Shown: positions 20,360 to 30,747, numbered from the stretch's first letter. The stretch is 48,613 bases of DNA from Rhodospirillaceae bacterium (GCA_024640695.1 JAHEEM010000002.1:1-48613); one strand, 5' to 3'. Made by a program: numbers and translations. The notes: generated by a model not told the origin, from the sequence alone.

Positions 20360-21628
20360 TCACGGCCGAGTTTGCGCCACCTCGCGGCGGTCGCGGACAT
20401 ACTCGATCCACGCATCGGCGTTGCGTCGAGCCGAGTCCTCGAATTCCCGCGCCGCGCCGAAGACCTGCAAGGCCTGGTCGTATTCACCGAGCTCGGCATA
20501 GGCCATGCCTTTGAGAATGAGCGTCTGCCCGGGTGACTCGAGCCCCCCTTTGAGAAGTGCCTCCTCCGTCGAGGCGACGACGCCAATCCAGTCACCCTGC
20601 TCGCTCAACAGTTGTGCCTTCTGCATGTAATAGCGGCCACCGTCGGATAGCGGGGCCAGCCTGTCGATAACTTCGAGGGCCTTAAAATACTCGCGAGCGT
20701 TAGTCCACGCCGAGAGCAGAAGCTGCAGATTCGCCTCCGTCGTGTCGATCCTTCCGGCGGCCATCTCGGCCTCGAGAAGCGCGCCGGCGTCGTAGGGCAG
20801 GCTCAGGAACATGTTCAGGCGCACGAGGTTCAGTAGCTTGGCCTCCTCGTCGACCATACCCCGCTTATAGGCAACCATCAGTGTTGCGAGCGCGCTGCTA
20901 TCGTCCTCGAGCTCCAGATAGGCGCTCGCCAACAGCTCCCAGTAACGGGCATTCTGCGGCCAAAGCACAACCATGCGCCGCAGCAGCCCCACGGCGTTCG
21001 CATAGTCCATCTCCTCGAAGTAGAAGGACAGCTCGAGCATATGCCAAGACTCGTTGGGCACCTCGGCTCTGGCATTGGCTTCCTGCACGTACGGCAGCGC
21101 TCTTTCGGGTTGTTCGAGCTGAGCGTAGCTCGAGCCGACGAGCATGTAGGCGTCGCTCGGAATTGGCTCCTCTGCGTAGCCAAACCAAATGCTCATCGTA
21201 TCGATCGCTTTCTGGAACAGGCTCTCGTTCTGGTAAAGACCCGCCAGCGAGTACAGCATCTCCTGATTGGCAATGTTCGGCAGCGCATCTAAAGTCAAGC
21301 ATCGCTCGAAGGCTTGGGTTGCGCGGATGTAATCTCCTTGCTGCGCATATGCAAAGCCATAGCTCTGGAAGACGAGCGCTTCCTCGTAGCGGCTCAGGCG
21401 CATGTCGCCAAGATCATCGAGCCGACTCACGGCACCGTCCAGATCGCCACTACCGAGCAGCTCGTGAATCGCGTTGAGGCGGCGGTAGACGTTCTCAGAC
21501 ATCTGCACCGAGCGTTCCTCGCGCTCGGCAGTGCCGGCTTCGATCACGCCGTCCTGTGCCTGGACTACGGGAGCGCGCAGCAGGAGCGCTACCACGACGA
21601 GCCTGGCAAGGACCGAAAATCTAGCCAT
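20360..21628 (-). CDS. Periplasmic TPR protein of a TonB2/Ttp-type system
   Basis: Signal peptide, repeated TPR-like helices, last gene after tonB. Confidence 0.85.
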   Translation of the reverse strand: MARFSVLARLVVVALLLRAPVVQAQDGVIEAGTAEREERSVQMSENVYRRLNAIHELLGSGDLDGAVSRLDDLGDMRLSRYEEALVFQSYGFAYAQQGDYIRATQAFERCLTLDALPNIANQEMLYSLAGLYQNESLFQKAIDTMSIWFGYAEEPIPSDAYMLVGSSYAQLEQPERALPYVQEANARAEVPNESWHMLELSFYFEEMDYANAVGLLRRMVVLWPQNARYWELLASAYLELEDDSSALATLMVAYKRGMVDEEAKLLNLVRLNMFLSLPYDAGALLEAEMAAGRIDTTEANLQLLLSAWTNAREYFKALEVIDRLAPLSDGGRYYMQKAQLLSEQGDWIGVVASTEEALLKGGLESPGQTLILKGMAYAELGEYDQALQVFGAAREFEDSARRNADAWIEYVRDRREVAQTRP

Positions 21629-21644
21629 GGCGCTTAGCCTTCAG

Positions 21645-22277
21645 CTACTGCTGCTGATTGAGGACGAAGTCGATCCGCTGCACGGCGCGGCGCGCGACGG
21701 GCTGACCATCGACAATGCGAGGCTTGAACTTCCAGCGCAGAATCGCGCGCACCGCATTGCGATCGAACAGCCGCGGCGGGTCGGACTGCAGCACAACAGG
21801 ATCCTCGACGCTTCCATCCTGCAGGATCGTGAACTCGACCTCGACCCAGCCCTCGGTTCCTTCGAGCAGGGCCTCCCGAGGCCACTGCGGATCGATACGT
21901 ACGATCGGGATAACGTCACCTTCGGCCGCTGGGTTGCCGGGACTCCATTGACCAATATAGGGCCCGTTGCCGGTAGACACCGACATCGAGATTGCGGGAA
22001 CTTCTAAGTCGAGAGATCCGGGCGGCGGCCTATCGGACTGCTTGGACACTGTTATTTGTGGTGGCGGCGGCCGATCCGGCGGCGCCGGTTGCTCCGGCTG
22101 GACGCGTTCCTTGAACTGGGTGACCTCGTCCTCACGCACGCGGATAAAGTCGACCAGCCCGACGGCCAGGTCGGTGCTCGAGAATTCCTGCTCACCGGAT
22201 ATCAGCGTGTGCATGAGCAAGAACAGCAACAAGGCGGCAGTGACGCCTGCTCCGGCTGCTATGACGAATCGCATCAC
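21645..22277 (-). CDS. tonB: Energy transducer TonB (short form)
   Basis: N-terminal TM with His, Pro-rich linker, C-domain PQWPREAL..EGWVEVEFTI..WKFKP. Confidence 0.92.
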   Translation of the reverse strand: MMRFVIAAGAGVTAALLLFLLMHTLISGEQEFSSTDLAVGLVDFIRVREDEVTQFKERVQPEQPAPPDRPPPPQITVSKQSDRPPPGSLDLEVPAISMSVSTGNGPYIGQWSPGNPAAEGDVIPIVRIDPQWPREALLEGTEGWVEVEFTILQDGSVEDPVVLQSDPPRLFDRNAVRAILRWKFKPRIVDGQPVARRAVQRIDFVLNQQQ

Positions 22278-22305
22278 TCCCTACTCCTTTGACCAGCGGG
22301 GGTCG

Positions 22306-22713
22306 CTAGCTGCCGTCGGGCTCAGCTGCGATCGCAATGTTTGCAATTCCACCGAGACGAATCTGATCCATGAGGTCGATAAGGACACCTGAGTCGGCCT
22401 GCTCATCAGCAATGATCACAACACTCGACTCCGGGTTCTCAGCCAGTGCCGCTTCGACCAGTGTGCGGATCTGGTTGAGTTCGACGGAGCGTTTGTCCAT
22501 CCAGATCTGACCGGTCTGCGCGATCGCAATCAGCACGTTAGCGCGAGCCTTCTCTGTCGCAGTCGCGGCCGTCGGCCGCCGGGGGTTAATACCCGGCTCT
22601 TTGACGAACGAGGTCGTAACGATGAAAAAGATCAGCATGATAAACACAATGTCGAGCATCGGCGTGATATTGATCTCCGTATCTTCCTCGTCACGCGGCC
22701 TTCGGACTGTCAT
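22306..22713 (-). CDS. exbD: ExbD/TolR family protein (copy 2)
   Basis: INITPMLDIVFIMLIFFIVTTSF; start set at ATG 22713. Confidence 0.92.
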   Translation of the reverse strand: MTVRRPRDEEDTEINITPMLDIVFIMLIFFIVTTSFVKEPGINPRRPTAATATEKARANVLIAIAQTGQIWMDKRSVELNQIRTLVEAALAENPESSVVIIADEQADSGVLIDLMDQIRLGGIANIAIAAEPDGS

Positions 22714-22726
22714 TGGCGGATGCCGC

Positions 22727-23131
22727 TCAGCGCGCCCGCGTGGCCAGAGAAACGCGCTCGGCCCCGGCCACGCGAGCCTGATCGACGACGCGCACGAGCA
22801 GACCGGCATCCGCTGCGCGATCGGCGATGACGACGACCGCAGCATCGGGTTGCACCGCAAGACCGCTCTCGATATTGGCTCGCACTGCCCGAATATCTAC
22901 GAGCCGGTCCTGAAAGTAGATCTGATCGTTTTCGTCGATGCGTATAGCAATGAGCTCGGATTGTGGCTGCTCTTCCAGCGGCGCACTGGAAGGCCGATTG
23001 ACGTCAATGCCGAATTCCTTGACGAAAGATGTCGTGACGATGAAGAAGATCAACAGGATGAACACGATGTCGAGCATCGGCGTGATGTTGATCTGCGCCT
23101 CGTCGTCACCGCGATGCAAGCGTCTGCGCAT
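22727..23131 (-). CDS. exbD: ExbD/TolR family protein (copy 1)
   Basis: INITPMLDIVFILLIFFIVTTSF. Confidence 0.92.
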   Translation of the reverse strand: MRRRLHRGDDEAQINITPMLDIVFILLIFFIVTTSFVKEFGIDVNRPSSAPLEEQPQSELIAIRIDENDQIYFQDRLVDIRAVRANIESGLAVQPDAAVVVIADRAADAGLLVRVVDQARVAGAERVSLATRAR

Positions 23132-23152
23132 TTATCCCGCTCCGACTGCCGG

Positions 23153-23674
23153 TCAATCGACCAGCAGATCCTCCGCAAGCTGGACTCTTCGGTCAGCCGT
23201 TTGCTCCAAGTACGTTGCCAGATACAGTCCCGACAACGCTGCAACCAGGCCGGACATCGTCGGTATTGTCGCCGCAGATACACCACCAGCTATGAGTCGC
23301 GCATTGCCCGTGCCGGTGAACGCCATGACGTCGAATACTTGAATCATGCCAGTGACGGTCCCCAGCAACCCAAGCAGCGGCAGCACCGCCATGAGCGTCT
23401 TGATGAGCACGAGATAGCGGCGCGCTTCGATCGCAACTTCGGAAATCAACTGGCGTCGCACACTGCTCTGCTGCCAATTCGAAAGCTCGGGCAGGTCCTG
23501 CCAGGCCCGCAGCCTCTGCTCGATCCTGCCGGGCAGGCTTCGACCCAGAAACCACAGGCGCTCGATGATGCACGTCCACATCAAGGTCGTGACCGCGAAG
23601 ATTGCCCAGAGCACGTCGCCGCCAGCCTCAAAGAAGCTGCGTATCGCGGCAAATCCGTCACTGAAGATGCCCAA
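23153..23674 (-). CDS. exbB: ExbB (MotA/TolQ/ExbB family)
   Basis: PLLGLLGTVTGMI and GVSAATIPTMSGL. Confidence 0.9.
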   Translation of the reverse strand: MGIFSDGFAAIRSFFEAGGDVLWAIFAVTTLMWTCIIERLWFLGRSLPGRIEQRLRAWQDLPELSNWQQSSVRRQLISEVAIEARRYLVLIKTLMAVLPLLGLLGTVTGMIQVFDVMAFTGTGNARLIAGGVSAATIPTMSGLVAALSGLYLATYLEQTADRRVQLAEDLLVD

Positions 23675-23689
23675 GGCTTGCTCCGACCG

Positions 23690-25036
23690 TCAGGTCCTGC
23701 CCGCGCCACCCGAATGACGCGCGATGATGCCGGCGCTCTGCTCCTCGAGTATCTCGACGAGTGTCCTGCTGCGGCTTACAACAAGGCTGTGCAGAAGCAC
23801 GAGTGGAATTGCGACCACCAGGCCAAGCACGGTGGTCACGAGCGCCTGGGAAATACCTCCGGCCATGAGCTTCGGATCACCGGTGCCGAATAGCGTAATT
23901 GCCTGGAAGGTCCGGATCATTCCGACCACGGTGCCGAGCAGGCCCAGTAGCGGTGCGACGGCGGCCAGCACCTTTATCCAACCCTGCCAGCGTTCCAGCA
24001 CCGGCGCCTCGCGCAGAATGGCCTCGTCCAGCTTACGCTCGAGCGTTTCGTGATCCGCCGAATGGTTACTCTCATAGACCGCCAGTATCCGCCCCAGCGC
24101 GTTGCCGCGATCGGCGGTCGCCGACTTCAGCTGCGCTTTGATGCCGCGTGACGCGAGGCCCAGACTGAATAAGCGCTCCAGCGCAACGAAGACACCGAGC
24201 AGACCGAGCACGATGATCACATAGCCAACGAGGCCGCCCTGCTGGATGCGTTCCGTCAGACTCGGAGCCTGGATCAGCAGCCCCAGGATGGCACCGCGGC
24301 TCGGATCGATTGCCATCGGCACGGTACCGACCGTCGCCGCTGAAACTCCCGCCGCCAGGGAACGATATCGGCCCGCCGGCTGCCGCGCGAGCGTTTGCAG
24401 GCTCGTGCTTTCCGGAATGTATTGCAGAAACCGATCCCCGGAGATGATGTTGAAGACGCCGACGCGAACGACTTCTTCCATGCTCGCGCGTCCCTCGGCA
24501 CCGATTACCTCGGCGTCGAAGCGCGCGACCCTACCACTCTCGACCATTTCCTCGAGCAGCAGCACGTAGAGATCGATCAGGTCCTGAATCGACGGCAGAC
24601 CCCGCGCCTGCGCAAGCCGGTTGGCGAGCTCGGACCTGCCAGGCAGCTCCGCGGACACCAGCGATGTGTCGATGATGCCCTTAGTGTCACCGGCAACCTG
24701 ACGGACGACGCCGAACAGCTCGCCCATGTTGCCGACGCGAACCCGCAACGTTTCGGTCGATTCGCCAAGCTCGAGCTCGTTAGCGTCAAACTGCTGCTTG
24801 AGTTGTTCGCTACGCGCATTCTCTCGGTCGAGCTCGGCGCGAACTTCATTGAACAGCGTCTGCTGCTCGTCGCGCGAGGCAACAAACCGTTGTTCGCGGG
24901 CAGCATTCTCGGTCGAGCGGGCGGCCGCGTCCGATCTAACGAGGTCGAGAAGCTGATCGAAGTCCGCAGGCGCATCCTGAGCGGCAACGTTGCCGGCCAG
25001 AAGCAGCACAGCGATAGCGGGGAGTAGCGTATTCAT
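23690..25036 (-). CDS. TtpC-like long MotA/TolQ/ExbB protein
   Basis: Signal peptide, periplasmic coiled coil, DPSRG and C-terminal APLLGLLGTVVGMI..GISQALVTT. Confidence 0.9.
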   Translation of the reverse strand: MNTLLPAIAVLLLAGNVAAQDAPADFDQLLDLVRSDAAARSTENAAREQRFVASRDEQQTLFNEVRAELDRENARSEQLKQQFDANELELGESTETLRVRVGNMGELFGVVRQVAGDTKGIIDTSLVSAELPGRSELANRLAQARGLPSIQDLIDLYVLLLEEMVESGRVARFDAEVIGAEGRASMEEVVRVGVFNIISGDRFLQYIPESTSLQTLARQPAGRYRSLAAGVSAATVGTVPMAIDPSRGAILGLLIQAPSLTERIQQGGLVGYVIIVLGLLGVFVALERLFSLGLASRGIKAQLKSATADRGNALGRILAVYESNHSADHETLERKLDEAILREAPVLERWQGWIKVLAAVAPLLGLLGTVVGMIRTFQAITLFGTGDPKLMAGGISQALVTTVLGLVVAIPLVLLHSLVVSRSRTLVEILEEQSAGIIARHSGGAGRT

Positions 25037-25836
25037 CGCAGACCGTCCGGCGCATGCACTGGCAAGCGCAGCAGATCCGGTGCAGCCTGACGCCGCGCAA
25101 TCCGCAGGCCCTGAGTGATTGCAGCCCGATAATCGTCAGACAGCGGCTCCCAGGCCCGCGTGTCGAGATTGAAATAGCCTGTCTCGGCGCGGTCGGGAGT
25201 CTGGTAGGCGAGCAGCACCCGGCCAATGCGCAAGATGTCTACCTGGACCGGAGCGCCCGCAAGATCCAGCGTTCCGATATAGGCCTCGACCGTGCGGCCG
25301 AAATCCGTTTCGACGAGATACGCATCCATGATTTGGCGATATTTCTCGGAGATCGTGACATCCGATACATCCATGTTGTCGCGCAGTCGCCGGACCCGAT
25401 CCACGCGCTCCCTGGTCTGGAACGGCAGGTCGAGCGAGATGAACTGCTCGAGCGCATCGATCATGCTGAACATCAGCGGCACGATGCCCTGCTCGACAAT
25501 GACGAAATCGACGAGCTGCTGCTGAATCGAGGCCTTCTCCGACTCCTGATCGGCGATCAGCGCGGCGAGGTTGTCGTTGTAAATTCGGACGCGGTCGAGC
25601 TGCTGCGCGGCCAGGCGATACTCGCCCAACAGATCCGTCGTCTCATCCGCGAGTTGGCTGATTCTAAGTTGCGAGCGAACCGCATCCGTATCGCTCTGCG
25701 CCTGTGCCTGCACGGTCTCCTCGAGCAGCGCTTGCGGCTGCTCCTGCGCCCATCCGACAGGCGCGGCGAAAGCGATTGCACAGAGCGCCAGCAGGCGCCT
25801 CGTCGCGGCGCGCGGCCGGTCCCCAGAAGGTCCCAT
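25033..25836 (-). CDS. DUF3450-like periplasmic protein (first gene of the Ttp/TonB2 operon)
   Basis: Signal peptide, coiled coil, DLPF..ER, SEKYRQI and LRIGRV; SD AAGGA before ATG 25836. Confidence 0.85.
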   Translation of the reverse strand: MGPSGDRPRAATRRLLALCAIAFAAPVGWAQEQPQALLEETVQAQAQSDTDAVRSQLRISQLADETTDLLGEYRLAAQQLDRVRIYNDNLAALIADQESEKASIQQQLVDFVIVEQGIVPLMFSMIDALEQFISLDLPFQTRERVDRVRRLRDNMDVSDVTISEKYRQIMDAYLVETDFGRTVEAYIGTLDLAGAPVQVDILRIGRVLLAYQTPDRAETGYFNLDTRAWEPLSDDYRAAITQGLRIARRQAAPDLLRLPVHAPDGLR

Positions 25837-25978
25837 GGCTAGTCCTTTAATTGCAGTGCGGTGTCCGCTTCGCGTGCCTGGCGACGTTAGCAGAACCCCG
25901 CTTCGCTGCACAAGCTCGCGCGGCACTGGCATACGAGGACGGGATGACTATAACGTGCTGATAAAATGGATATTTCTT

Positions 25979-27613
25979 CTACATGCCAGAGTAGTTCGGC
26001 CCGCCCCCACCTTCCGGCGGTACCCAGGTGATGTTCTGCGCGGGATCCTTGATGTCACAGGTCTTACAGTGCACGCAGTTCTGGGCATTGATCTGGAAGC
26101 GGGCTTCAGCGCCCGATTCGACGACCTCGTAGACTGCTGCCGGGCAGTACCGCTGCGCGGGCTCGGCATACGCGGGCAGGTTGTCGCGAATCGGCACGTC
26201 CGGGTCGCCAAGACGCAAGTGATTCGGCTGATTCTCATCGTGGTTGGTATTCGACAGATAGACGGAAGACAGTCGATCGAAGCTTATGACGCCGTCGGGC
26301 GCCGGGTAGGCGATAGGCACCACTCGATCGGCGCGCGCGAGTGAAGCATGGTCCGGCGCTCGATTGTGCAACGTATAGGGAATTCGGCCTCGTAAAACAT
26401 TGTGCTCGAGCAACGCCAGGCCGCCGCCGAGCAGAGTACCGAAGCGCGCCAGGCCGCCGCTGAAGTTACGCGCCGCCTTGAGCTCTCGTCCGACCCAAGA
26501 TTCCGAGAGCGCGCCAGCATAGTCCGTCTTTCGCCCCTCGTAGAGCTCTGCTTGAAGCGCCTCTGCAGCGAGCATGCCTGACTTGATCGCGGTGTGGATG
26601 CCTTTGATCTTCGCGCCATTGAGCAAGCCCGCCTCGCAACCGACCAGCATGCCGCCCGGGAATGTCATTTTTGGCAAAGACAGCCAGCCGCCTTTGTTTA
26701 CGACCCGCGCACCGTAGCCGACACGCTTGCCTCCTTCGAGCACGCTGCGAATAAGAGGATGCTGCTTCCAGCGCTGCAGCTCCTCGAAGGGCGAGAGATA
26801 GGGATTGGCATAGTCCAGCGCAACGATGAACCCGAGGTACACCTCACCATCCTCCGCGTGGTACAGAAACCCGCCACCCTCGGTATGGTTATCCAGCGGC
26901 CAGCCGATCGTATGCACCACGGTGCCGGGCCGGTGGCGTTTGGGCTCTATCGACCAAATTTCCTTGATGCCGATACCGTAGTGCTGTGGATCGGCTTCGG
27001 CGCGCAGATCGAAACGTTGTTCGAGTTCCTTACCCAGGCTACCGCGACAGCCTTCCGCAAAGACCACTCGCCGCGCCTTGAGCTCAATGCCAGGCTCATA
27101 GTTCGGCTTCGGGCGACCATCCGCCCCTACGCCCATGTCACCTGTAATGACGCCGGTGACGCGGCCATCCGGGTCATAGGAAATTGCAGCCGCAGCGAAT
27201 CCGGGAAAGATTTGCACGCCCAATGCTTCGGCTTGCTCGCCTAACCATCGACACAGTCGACCGAGGCTGATCACGTAGTTGCCGTCGTTGCGCATCGCCC
27301 GCGGCATCAGGGCGGCCGGCACGCGAATCGCGCGGCGATCGTTGGCGAGCCAGTGCACAGCCTCCGCTTCGACGGGTGTCGTAACGGGTGCGCCGCGCTC
27401 GCGCCAATCAGGAAAGAGCTCGTCGAGCGAGCGCGGCTCGAGAACGGCCCCAGAAATGATATGCGCGCCGACCTCAGAACCTTTCTCGAGCACGCAGATG
27501 CTCGGCTCGAGATTCTGGGCCGCCGCGAGCTGACCTAAGCGGCAAGCTGCAGCCAGGCCGGATGGACCAGCACCAACAATGACGACGTCGAACTCGAGGA
27601 CTTCTCGTTGCAA
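25979..27613 (-). CDS. Electron transfer flavoprotein-ubiquinone oxidoreductase
   Basis: DVVIVGAGPSG, EKGSEVGAHIISGA, YCPAAVYE and NCVHCKTCDIKDP; start set at TTG 27613 (LQREVLEFD). Confidence 0.95.
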   Translation of the reverse strand: MQREVLEFDVVIVGAGPSGLAAACRLGQLAAAQNLEPSICVLEKGSEVGAHIISGAVLEPRSLDELFPDWRERGAPVTTPVEAEAVHWLANDRRAIRVPAALMPRAMRNDGNYVISLGRLCRWLGEQAEALGVQIFPGFAAAAISYDPDGRVTGVITGDMGVGADGRPKPNYEPGIELKARRVVFAEGCRGSLGKELEQRFDLRAEADPQHYGIGIKEIWSIEPKRHRPGTVVHTIGWPLDNHTEGGGFLYHAEDGEVYLGFIVALDYANPYLSPFEELQRWKQHPLIRSVLEGGKRVGYGARVVNKGGWLSLPKMTFPGGMLVGCEAGLLNGAKIKGIHTAIKSGMLAAEALQAELYEGRKTDYAGALSESWVGRELKAARNFSGGLARFGTLLGGGLALLEHNVLRGRIPYTLHNRAPDHASLARADRVVPIAYPAPDGVISFDRLSSVYLSNTNHDENQPNHLRLGDPDVPIRDNLPAYAEPAQRYCPAAVYEVVESGAEARFQINAQNCVHCKTCDIKDPAQNITWVPPEGGGGPNYSGM

Positions 27614-27694
27614 GGGGCAAGACCTGCAGAAGCAAGAGGCGGCATTGTAACATTGCATACCGACGCGCCTGGCTTTGAAGGAAGCACCGAAACG

Positions 27695-29635
27695 ATGAAC
27701 ACGCCACTCTGGCAACCGTCGGCAAAACGCATCGCCGCGAGCAATATGCAGCGGTTTATCGAGACCTCGGGTGCGGCGCTCGCCAAGCCCGACTACGCGC
27801 ATCTTTACGAGTGGAGTATTCGCGAGCCGCGCGAATTTTGGGCCGCAGCGTGGGATTTCTTCGGAATACGCGCGCAGACCCCCTACGCTTCGGTAGTGGA
27901 AGATTTCGAGCGCATGCCCGGTGCGCGCTGGTTCGAGGGAGCACGGCTCAACTTCGCCGATAATCTCTTACGTCCCGAGCATACAGCCCCGGCAATCGTC
28001 GCCTGCGACGAGACCGGCCGGCGCAGAGAATTGAGCCGCGACGAACTCCGCCGCGAGGTCGCGAGTATCGCCAAAGCCTTAGAAAACTTCGGCGTCGGCC
28101 CCGGCGACCGCGTCGCCGGCTTCCTGCCCAACGGCGCCGAGACCGTAGCCGCAATGCTGGCGACGGCGAGTCGCGGCGCCATCTGGTCCGCATGCTCACC
28201 GGACTTCGGCATTGACGGACTTCTCGATCGCCTCGGGCAGATCGGTGCGAAAGTCCTGTTCGCAACAGACGGGTACAGCTATAACGGCAAGCCGATCGAC
28301 TCGCTGCCGACAGTCCGGCGTCTCAGCGGTGGCCTGGCGGGTCTCGAGCAACTGATCCTCGTGCCCAATCGGGACGAGCGCGCCATGCGTGAGGCTTTTC
28401 CTGAAGCGACTGTCTACGCGGACCTCCTCGAGACAGATGCGGAGCTGGCCTTCACAGCCGTGCCGTTTTCACATCCGCTGTACATCCTCTACTCGTCGGG
28501 CACGACCGGCGTCCCAAAGGGGATCGTGCACAGCGTCGGCGGCACACTGATTCAACACCAAAAGGAGCACGTGCTGCATAGCGACATCAAGCCCGGTGAC
28601 GTCGTGTTCTACTTCACGACTTGCGGATGGATGATGTGGCACTGGCTGGTTTCGAGCCTTGCGAGCGGCGCGACGATACTGCTCTATGACGGCTCGCCAT
28701 TTCATCCCGGCCCCGAGCATCTTTGGCGCATTGCGGAGCGCGAGAACGTCGCGGTCTTCGGCACGAGCGCCGGCTACCTGACTGCATTGGAGAAATCCGG
28801 CTTCGAGCCGTGCCGTAAGCTCGGGCTGCGGTCGCTCAAGGCGCTGCTGTCCACCGGGTCACCGCTGAGCCCATCGAGCTTCGATTTTGTCTACGCAGGC
28901 ATCAAAAGTGATCTGCAGCTGTCCTCGATCGCCGGCGGGTCGGATCTCATCGCCTGTTTTGCATCCGGCAACCCCGTGCTTCCAGTCTATCGCGGCGAGT
29001 TGCAGTGCCGCGCGCTGGGCATGGATGTCGACATCTTCAACGAACGCGGCGAATCGGTCAGACAACAAAAGGGCGAGCTCGTCTGCCGGGCCCCATTTCC
29101 GTCCATGCCCGTCGCCTTCTGGAACGACGCCGACGGCAGCCAGTATCACAGCGCTTACTTCGAGAGATTTCCTGACGTCTGGCATCACGGCGATTATGCG
29201 GAGCTCACCGAGCACGACGGACTCATTATTTATGGCCGTTCCGACGCGGTGCTCAATCCGGGCGGTGTGCGCATCGGCACGGCGGAGATCTACCGTGTCG
29301 TCGAGCAGTTCGAGGAGATCGGGGAAAGCGTCGTCGTCGGGCAAGAATGGCAAGGCGACGTCCGCGTCGTGCTCTTTGTCAGGCTGCAGCCAGGGCAAGG
29401 TCTCGATGAGGATCTCATCGCGCGGCTCAAGACGGCCTTGCGCAGTCAGGCGAGCCCGCGCCACGTGCCCGCGAAAATACTCGAAGTAACCGCGATCCCC
29501 CGGACGATTAGCGGCAAGGTTGTGGAGCTTGCCGTGCGCGAGCTTATCCACGGGCGTGAGATTCGCAACCTCGACGCGCTAGCGAATCCGGAGGCGCTCG
29601 AGCACTTCAGAAATCGCCCAGAGCTTGCTCAGTGA
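27695..29635 (+). CDS. Acetoacetate--CoA ligase
   Basis: PLWQPS start, YSSGTTGVPK, FTTCGWMMW, GRSDAVLNPGGVRIGTAEIY and ALANPEAL; start set at ATG 27695. Confidence 0.93.
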   Translation: MNTPLWQPSAKRIAASNMQRFIETSGAALAKPDYAHLYEWSIREPREFWAAAWDFFGIRAQTPYASVVEDFERMPGARWFEGARLNFADNLLRPEHTAPAIVACDETGRRRELSRDELRREVASIAKALENFGVGPGDRVAGFLPNGAETVAAMLATASRGAIWSACSPDFGIDGLLDRLGQIGAKVLFATDGYSYNGKPIDSLPTVRRLSGGLAGLEQLILVPNRDERAMREAFPEATVYADLLETDAELAFTAVPFSHPLYILYSSGTTGVPKGIVHSVGGTLIQHQKEHVLHSDIKPGDVVFYFTTCGWMMWHWLVSSLASGATILLYDGSPFHPGPEHLWRIAERENVAVFGTSAGYLTALEKSGFEPCRKLGLRSLKALLSTGSPLSPSSFDFVYAGIKSDLQLSSIAGGSDLIACFASGNPVLPVYRGELQCRALGMDVDIFNERGESVRQQKGELVCRAPFPSMPVAFWNDADGSQYHSAYFERFPDVWHHGDYAELTEHDGLIIYGRSDAVLNPGGVRIGTAEIYRVVEQFEEIGESVVVGQEWQGDVRVVLFVRLQPGQGLDEDLIARLKTALRSQASPRHVPAKILEVTAIPRTISGKVVELAVRELIHGREIRNLDALANPEALEHFRNRPELAQ

Positions 29636-30747
29636 TGGTGGATTCCGTCTCGGTATCTCCTGCGACCGAATATGAACGCCGCGTACGCGCAGGCGAGATA
29701 GCCGCCGACGCCGATCAGGCCAATGCCGTGCGGGCTTTGCAGACGCTGCACGACGCGCTGGTCGCGGCTGGGCCGCTGCAGCGCGGCTGGCACTCTCGAC
29801 TGGCGCGGATTGCAGGAAGGCCGCGAACCCCGGTACCCGGCATCTATCTATGCGGCCCGGTCGGGCGTGGCAAGACCTTCCTCATGGACCTGCTCTACGA
29901 AAGCCTGCCGTTCAGCGACAAACGCCGGCAGCACTTTCACCGGTTTATGAACTCGGCTCACTCCGATCTCAAAAAATTCCGCCAGCATGCCGACCCACTC
30001 GAGCTCGTTGCCGAACATGTCGCCGAGGAAACCCGGGTCATCTGTTTCGACGAGTTCGCCGTGGCCGACATCGCTGATGCGATGATTCTAGGCAATCTCT
30101 TTGCAGCGCTGTTCGCGCGCGGCGTTACCTTGGTCGCGACGTCGAACGTCGAGCCCGGCAATCTCTATAAGGACGGGCTGCAGCGACAGCGTTTTCTCCC
30201 CGCAATCCGCCTCATCGAGACGCACACGAAGATCGTGCGTCTCGACGGGCCAATGGATTTCAGGCTGCGCGTGCTTGAGCGAGCGGACGTGTATCAGTAC
30301 CCGCTCAGCCAGACCGCCGAGCAGAAACTCGCGGGGTATTTCGCCGCCATTGCGCCGGATCCGGGCGCAACCGATGCGTCAATCGAGATTCTCGGACGCC
30401 GTCTCGCGAGCCGGCGCGAGGCTGATGGCGTCGTCTGGTTCGACTTCGCCGAGATCTGCGACGGGCCGCGCAGTCAATCGGACTACATCGAGATTTCCCG
30501 CTGCTACCACACGGTGCTGGTATCCAATATTCCGCAGTTTACACGCACGACCGAGAACCAAGCCCGACGGTTCATCGCGCTCGTCGATGAATTCTACGAC
30601 CGCAGAGTCAAGCTCATTCTCTCCGCCGCGGTCCGGCTCGAGGACCTTTATGCAGGCAGCCGTCTACGGTTTGAGTTTCAGCGTACCAGGAGCCGGCTCG
30701 AGGAGATGCAGAGCCACGATTATCTCGCGGCGCCACATTTGCCGTGA
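29632..30747 (+). CDS. zapE: AFG1/ZapE family ATPase
   Basis: GPVGRGKT Walker A, HFHRFM, CFDEF, ATSN and RTRSRLEEM. Confidence 0.93.
   Translation: MMVDSVSVSPATEYERRVRAGEIAADADQANAVRALQTLHDALVAAGPLQRGWHSRLARIAGRPRTPVPGIYLCGPVGRGKTFLMDLLYESLPFSDKRRQHFHRFMNSAHSDLKKFRQHADPLELVAEHVAEETRVICFDEFAVADIADAMILGNLFAALFARGVTLVATSNVEPGNLYKDGLQRQRFLPAIRLIETHTKIVRLDGPMDFRLRVLERADVYQYPLSQTAEQKLAGYFAAIAPDPGATDASIEILGRRLASRREADGVVWFDFAEICDGPRSQSDYIEISRCYHTVLVSNIPQFTRTTENQARRFIALVDEFYDRRVKLILSAAVRLEDLYAGSRLRFEFQRTRSRLEEMQSHDYLAAPHLP

Noticed and set aside
22601-23893. 430-aa plus-strand ORF
   Set aside because: Antisense shadow of exbD/exbB/ttpC in GC-rich DNA, with no recognisable motifs
27608-27802. Apparent head-to-head overlap of ETF-QO and acetoacetate-CoA ligase
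   Set aside because: Artefact of longest-ORF starts; family-like sequence begins at 27613 (-) and 27695 (+)
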